Shown in pieces: positions 62,101 to 64,000 of a stretch of 64,000 bases of DNA. Source of the DNA: Chiloscyllium plagiosum. Its lineage: Eukaryota. A program made the position numbers and the translations under genes. Location: contig NC_057719.1 of assembly GCF_004010195.1 (NCBI RefSeq), forward strand, positions 69,061,773 through 69,125,772, written 5' to 3'. The notes beneath the pieces are model-generated. The model was not told the DNA's origin, searched no databases, and was given only the letters and a program-made list of their open reading frames with translations. Every line of letters starts with the position of its first letter. Within the stretch, counting starts at the first letter, position 1.

Positions 62101-63860
62101 ATGTACAGGTCACTTCTACCCCGAAAGAGCTACCAATGATCCAAAAATGAGAATCCTTCTTCCATACAACAGCTCCTCAGCCATGCATTCATCTGCTCTA
62201 TCCTCCTATTCCTGCCCTCACTAGTTCGTAGCACCAGGAATAACCCAGTTATTACTACTCTCAAGGACCTCCTTTTTAAATTCCTGCCTAACTCTCTGTA
62301 ATCTTCCTTCAGAATCTCATACTTTTCCCTTCCTATGTCATTGGTTCCAATGTGTACAATGACCTCCTGCTGGTCTCTCTCCCCCTTGAGAACATTCTGA
62401 ACCATCTCTGAGACATCCTTGATCCTGTCACCAGAGAAGCAACACACTATTCTGATTTTTCGCTGCTGGCCACAGAAATGCCTTTCTGTACCCCAGACTA
62501 GACAGTCCCCTAACACAATCGGTCTCTTGGCACCCGACGTACCCTCTTTGCCGTAGAGCCAGTTTCAATACTAGAAACTTGGCTGTACATGTTACATTCC
62601 CTGAGAATCCATCACCCCGTACATTTTCTAAAACAGCATACTTTTTGAAATGGGGATAGTCACAGAAGATTCCTGTACTAACTGCCTACCTCTCTTACCT
62701 TTCCTGGAGTTAACCCATCTATGTGACTATATCTGTGACTTTCACCCCTTCCTATAACTGCCATTCATTACATCCCCTTGTTCTTGTAGGGCGACATGGT
62801 GGCTCAGTGGTTAGCACTGCTGCCTCAGGGCGCCATGGTCCCAGGTTTGATTCCAGCCTTGGGTGGCTGTCTGACAGAAGTTTGCACATTCTCCCTGTGT
62901 CTGCCTGGGTTTCCTCCGGGTGCTCCAGTTTCTTCCCACAATCCAAAGATGTGCAGGTCAGGTGAATTGGCCATGCTAAATTGCCCACTAGTGTTAGTAT
63001 TAGGAGGGAAATGGTTCTGGGTGGGTTACTCTTTGGAGGGTCGGTATGGACTGGTTGGGCCAAAGGGCCTGTTTCCACACTGTAAGGAATCTAATCTAAT
63101 CTTGTAAATCCCTCATTGCCTCTAACTGTCTCTCCAACTGATCAATTCAATCTGATAGGATTCGCAACCAACGGCATTTAATGCAGCTATAATTCTCAGT
63201 AACCCGTAAACTCTTCCTGAACTCCCACATCCGACAAGAACAGCATATCACTCTACTAAAGGCTATTTTTGTTTCTTTCAATCTACAGTCCCAGAAAATA
63301 GCACTGTCTTATTCCTCGACAAAACACTGCTCCAGGTTAAATTAATATTTATGAGTTATATTTTAAGCTTAATCAAGAGACATAGCTCAATAAAACATAT
63401 AATCAAGAAATAACCCACTCTACTCACTACTGCAGACTTACTGTAAGGCCACACTTAAAATATCCACTTATCTATTACTGTGCTGTGACCTCGCCCAACC
63501 AGGTTCCTCCAAGATCAGTTGTGAATTTCACTGTTTGTTAATTTTCCTCGGCACACTCCAATGTTCAGCAATACATGAATTCAACCAGCTAAGCTAGCAA
63601 TTGAGCAGGTTCACTGCTCTGTTAGTTAGCACTGTGGGTTTCTTTCTCTCTCTCACTCTCTCCGGACTGACCTCACCATATGCTTCCTTTGTCTGTTCCT
63701 CTCCCTTTTAACACTGCTGTTGTTTTGACTTTTTTTTTCCAAAGTTCCACAACAATGCAACAGCATATAAGACAGTAATTGCTGCTCCTGGAATTCAAGG
63801 AAATCATCTCCAACATCTAAAATACCCCAAAACAAGGAGCAGCTCTTACAGCCAGAACTT
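59132..63860 (-). mobile_element. Near full-length decayed CR1 LINE (ORF1 with SGNH/GDSL esterase domain, ORF2 EN-RT)
   Basis: ORF1 esterase remnants LGDCLV...VIVHIGTNDIG (62130-62516). RT in 59660-60864 (SQHGF, FLDFSKAFDKVPH, KFADDTK). 5' boundary approximate. Confidence 0.9.
62789..63099 (+). mobile_element. HE1-like SINE inserted in CR1 ORF1
   Basis: 7-bp TSD TCTTGTA (62782-62788 / 63100-63106) and TAATC tail. Confidence 0.85.
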
Positions 63861-64000
63861 TTTCCTGTCCTTCATCTTAAAGTCTGTCCATTAAGTTTTC
63901 AATTTCTTACGAGGTTGAGAAAGTGTCAAAGGCATAGATAATCTGTGAATTAATCAAGTAAACAGAGGGCAAAAGCGGGGAAAGGGACCTAAGGGGTAAC

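Overview
Vertebrate genomic DNA with a cartilaginous-fish (shark-like) repeat complement: HE1-type tRNA-derived SINEs, CR1 LINEs, Penelope-like elements, Tx1, L2, Rex1/Babar-like and Gypsy remnants. Most of the window is decayed transposable elements. Three things stand out. (1) There is a tandem cluster of three same-strand paralogous genes (CDS 15839-16054, 32100-32318, 51566-51784). Each encodes a 71-72 aa hydrophobic, Cys-terminated microprotein with an intact frame, largely synonymous divergence, a homologous splice acceptor/5' leader and a downstream AATAAA. I do not recognise the family; its central motif resembles the caveolin intramembrane segment. (2) A 10.5-kb Tx1-clade retrotransposon composite (4445-14961, TSD CTCTAACAT) starts with a U2 snRNA-derived head (Keno-like) but is not inside a U2 gene. 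It has poly(A) junctions twice at the same point in its own ORF1 and carries a captured ~0.8-kb segment containing an intact tRNA-Ala(TGC) gene. (3) Many short foldback Penelope-derived insertions with 13-22 bp TSDs carry minimal hammerhead ribozyme cores. Two assembly gaps (12726-13118, 13986-14005) lie inside the Tx1 composite, so its internal structure needs read-level validation. All alignments and counts were done by eye.
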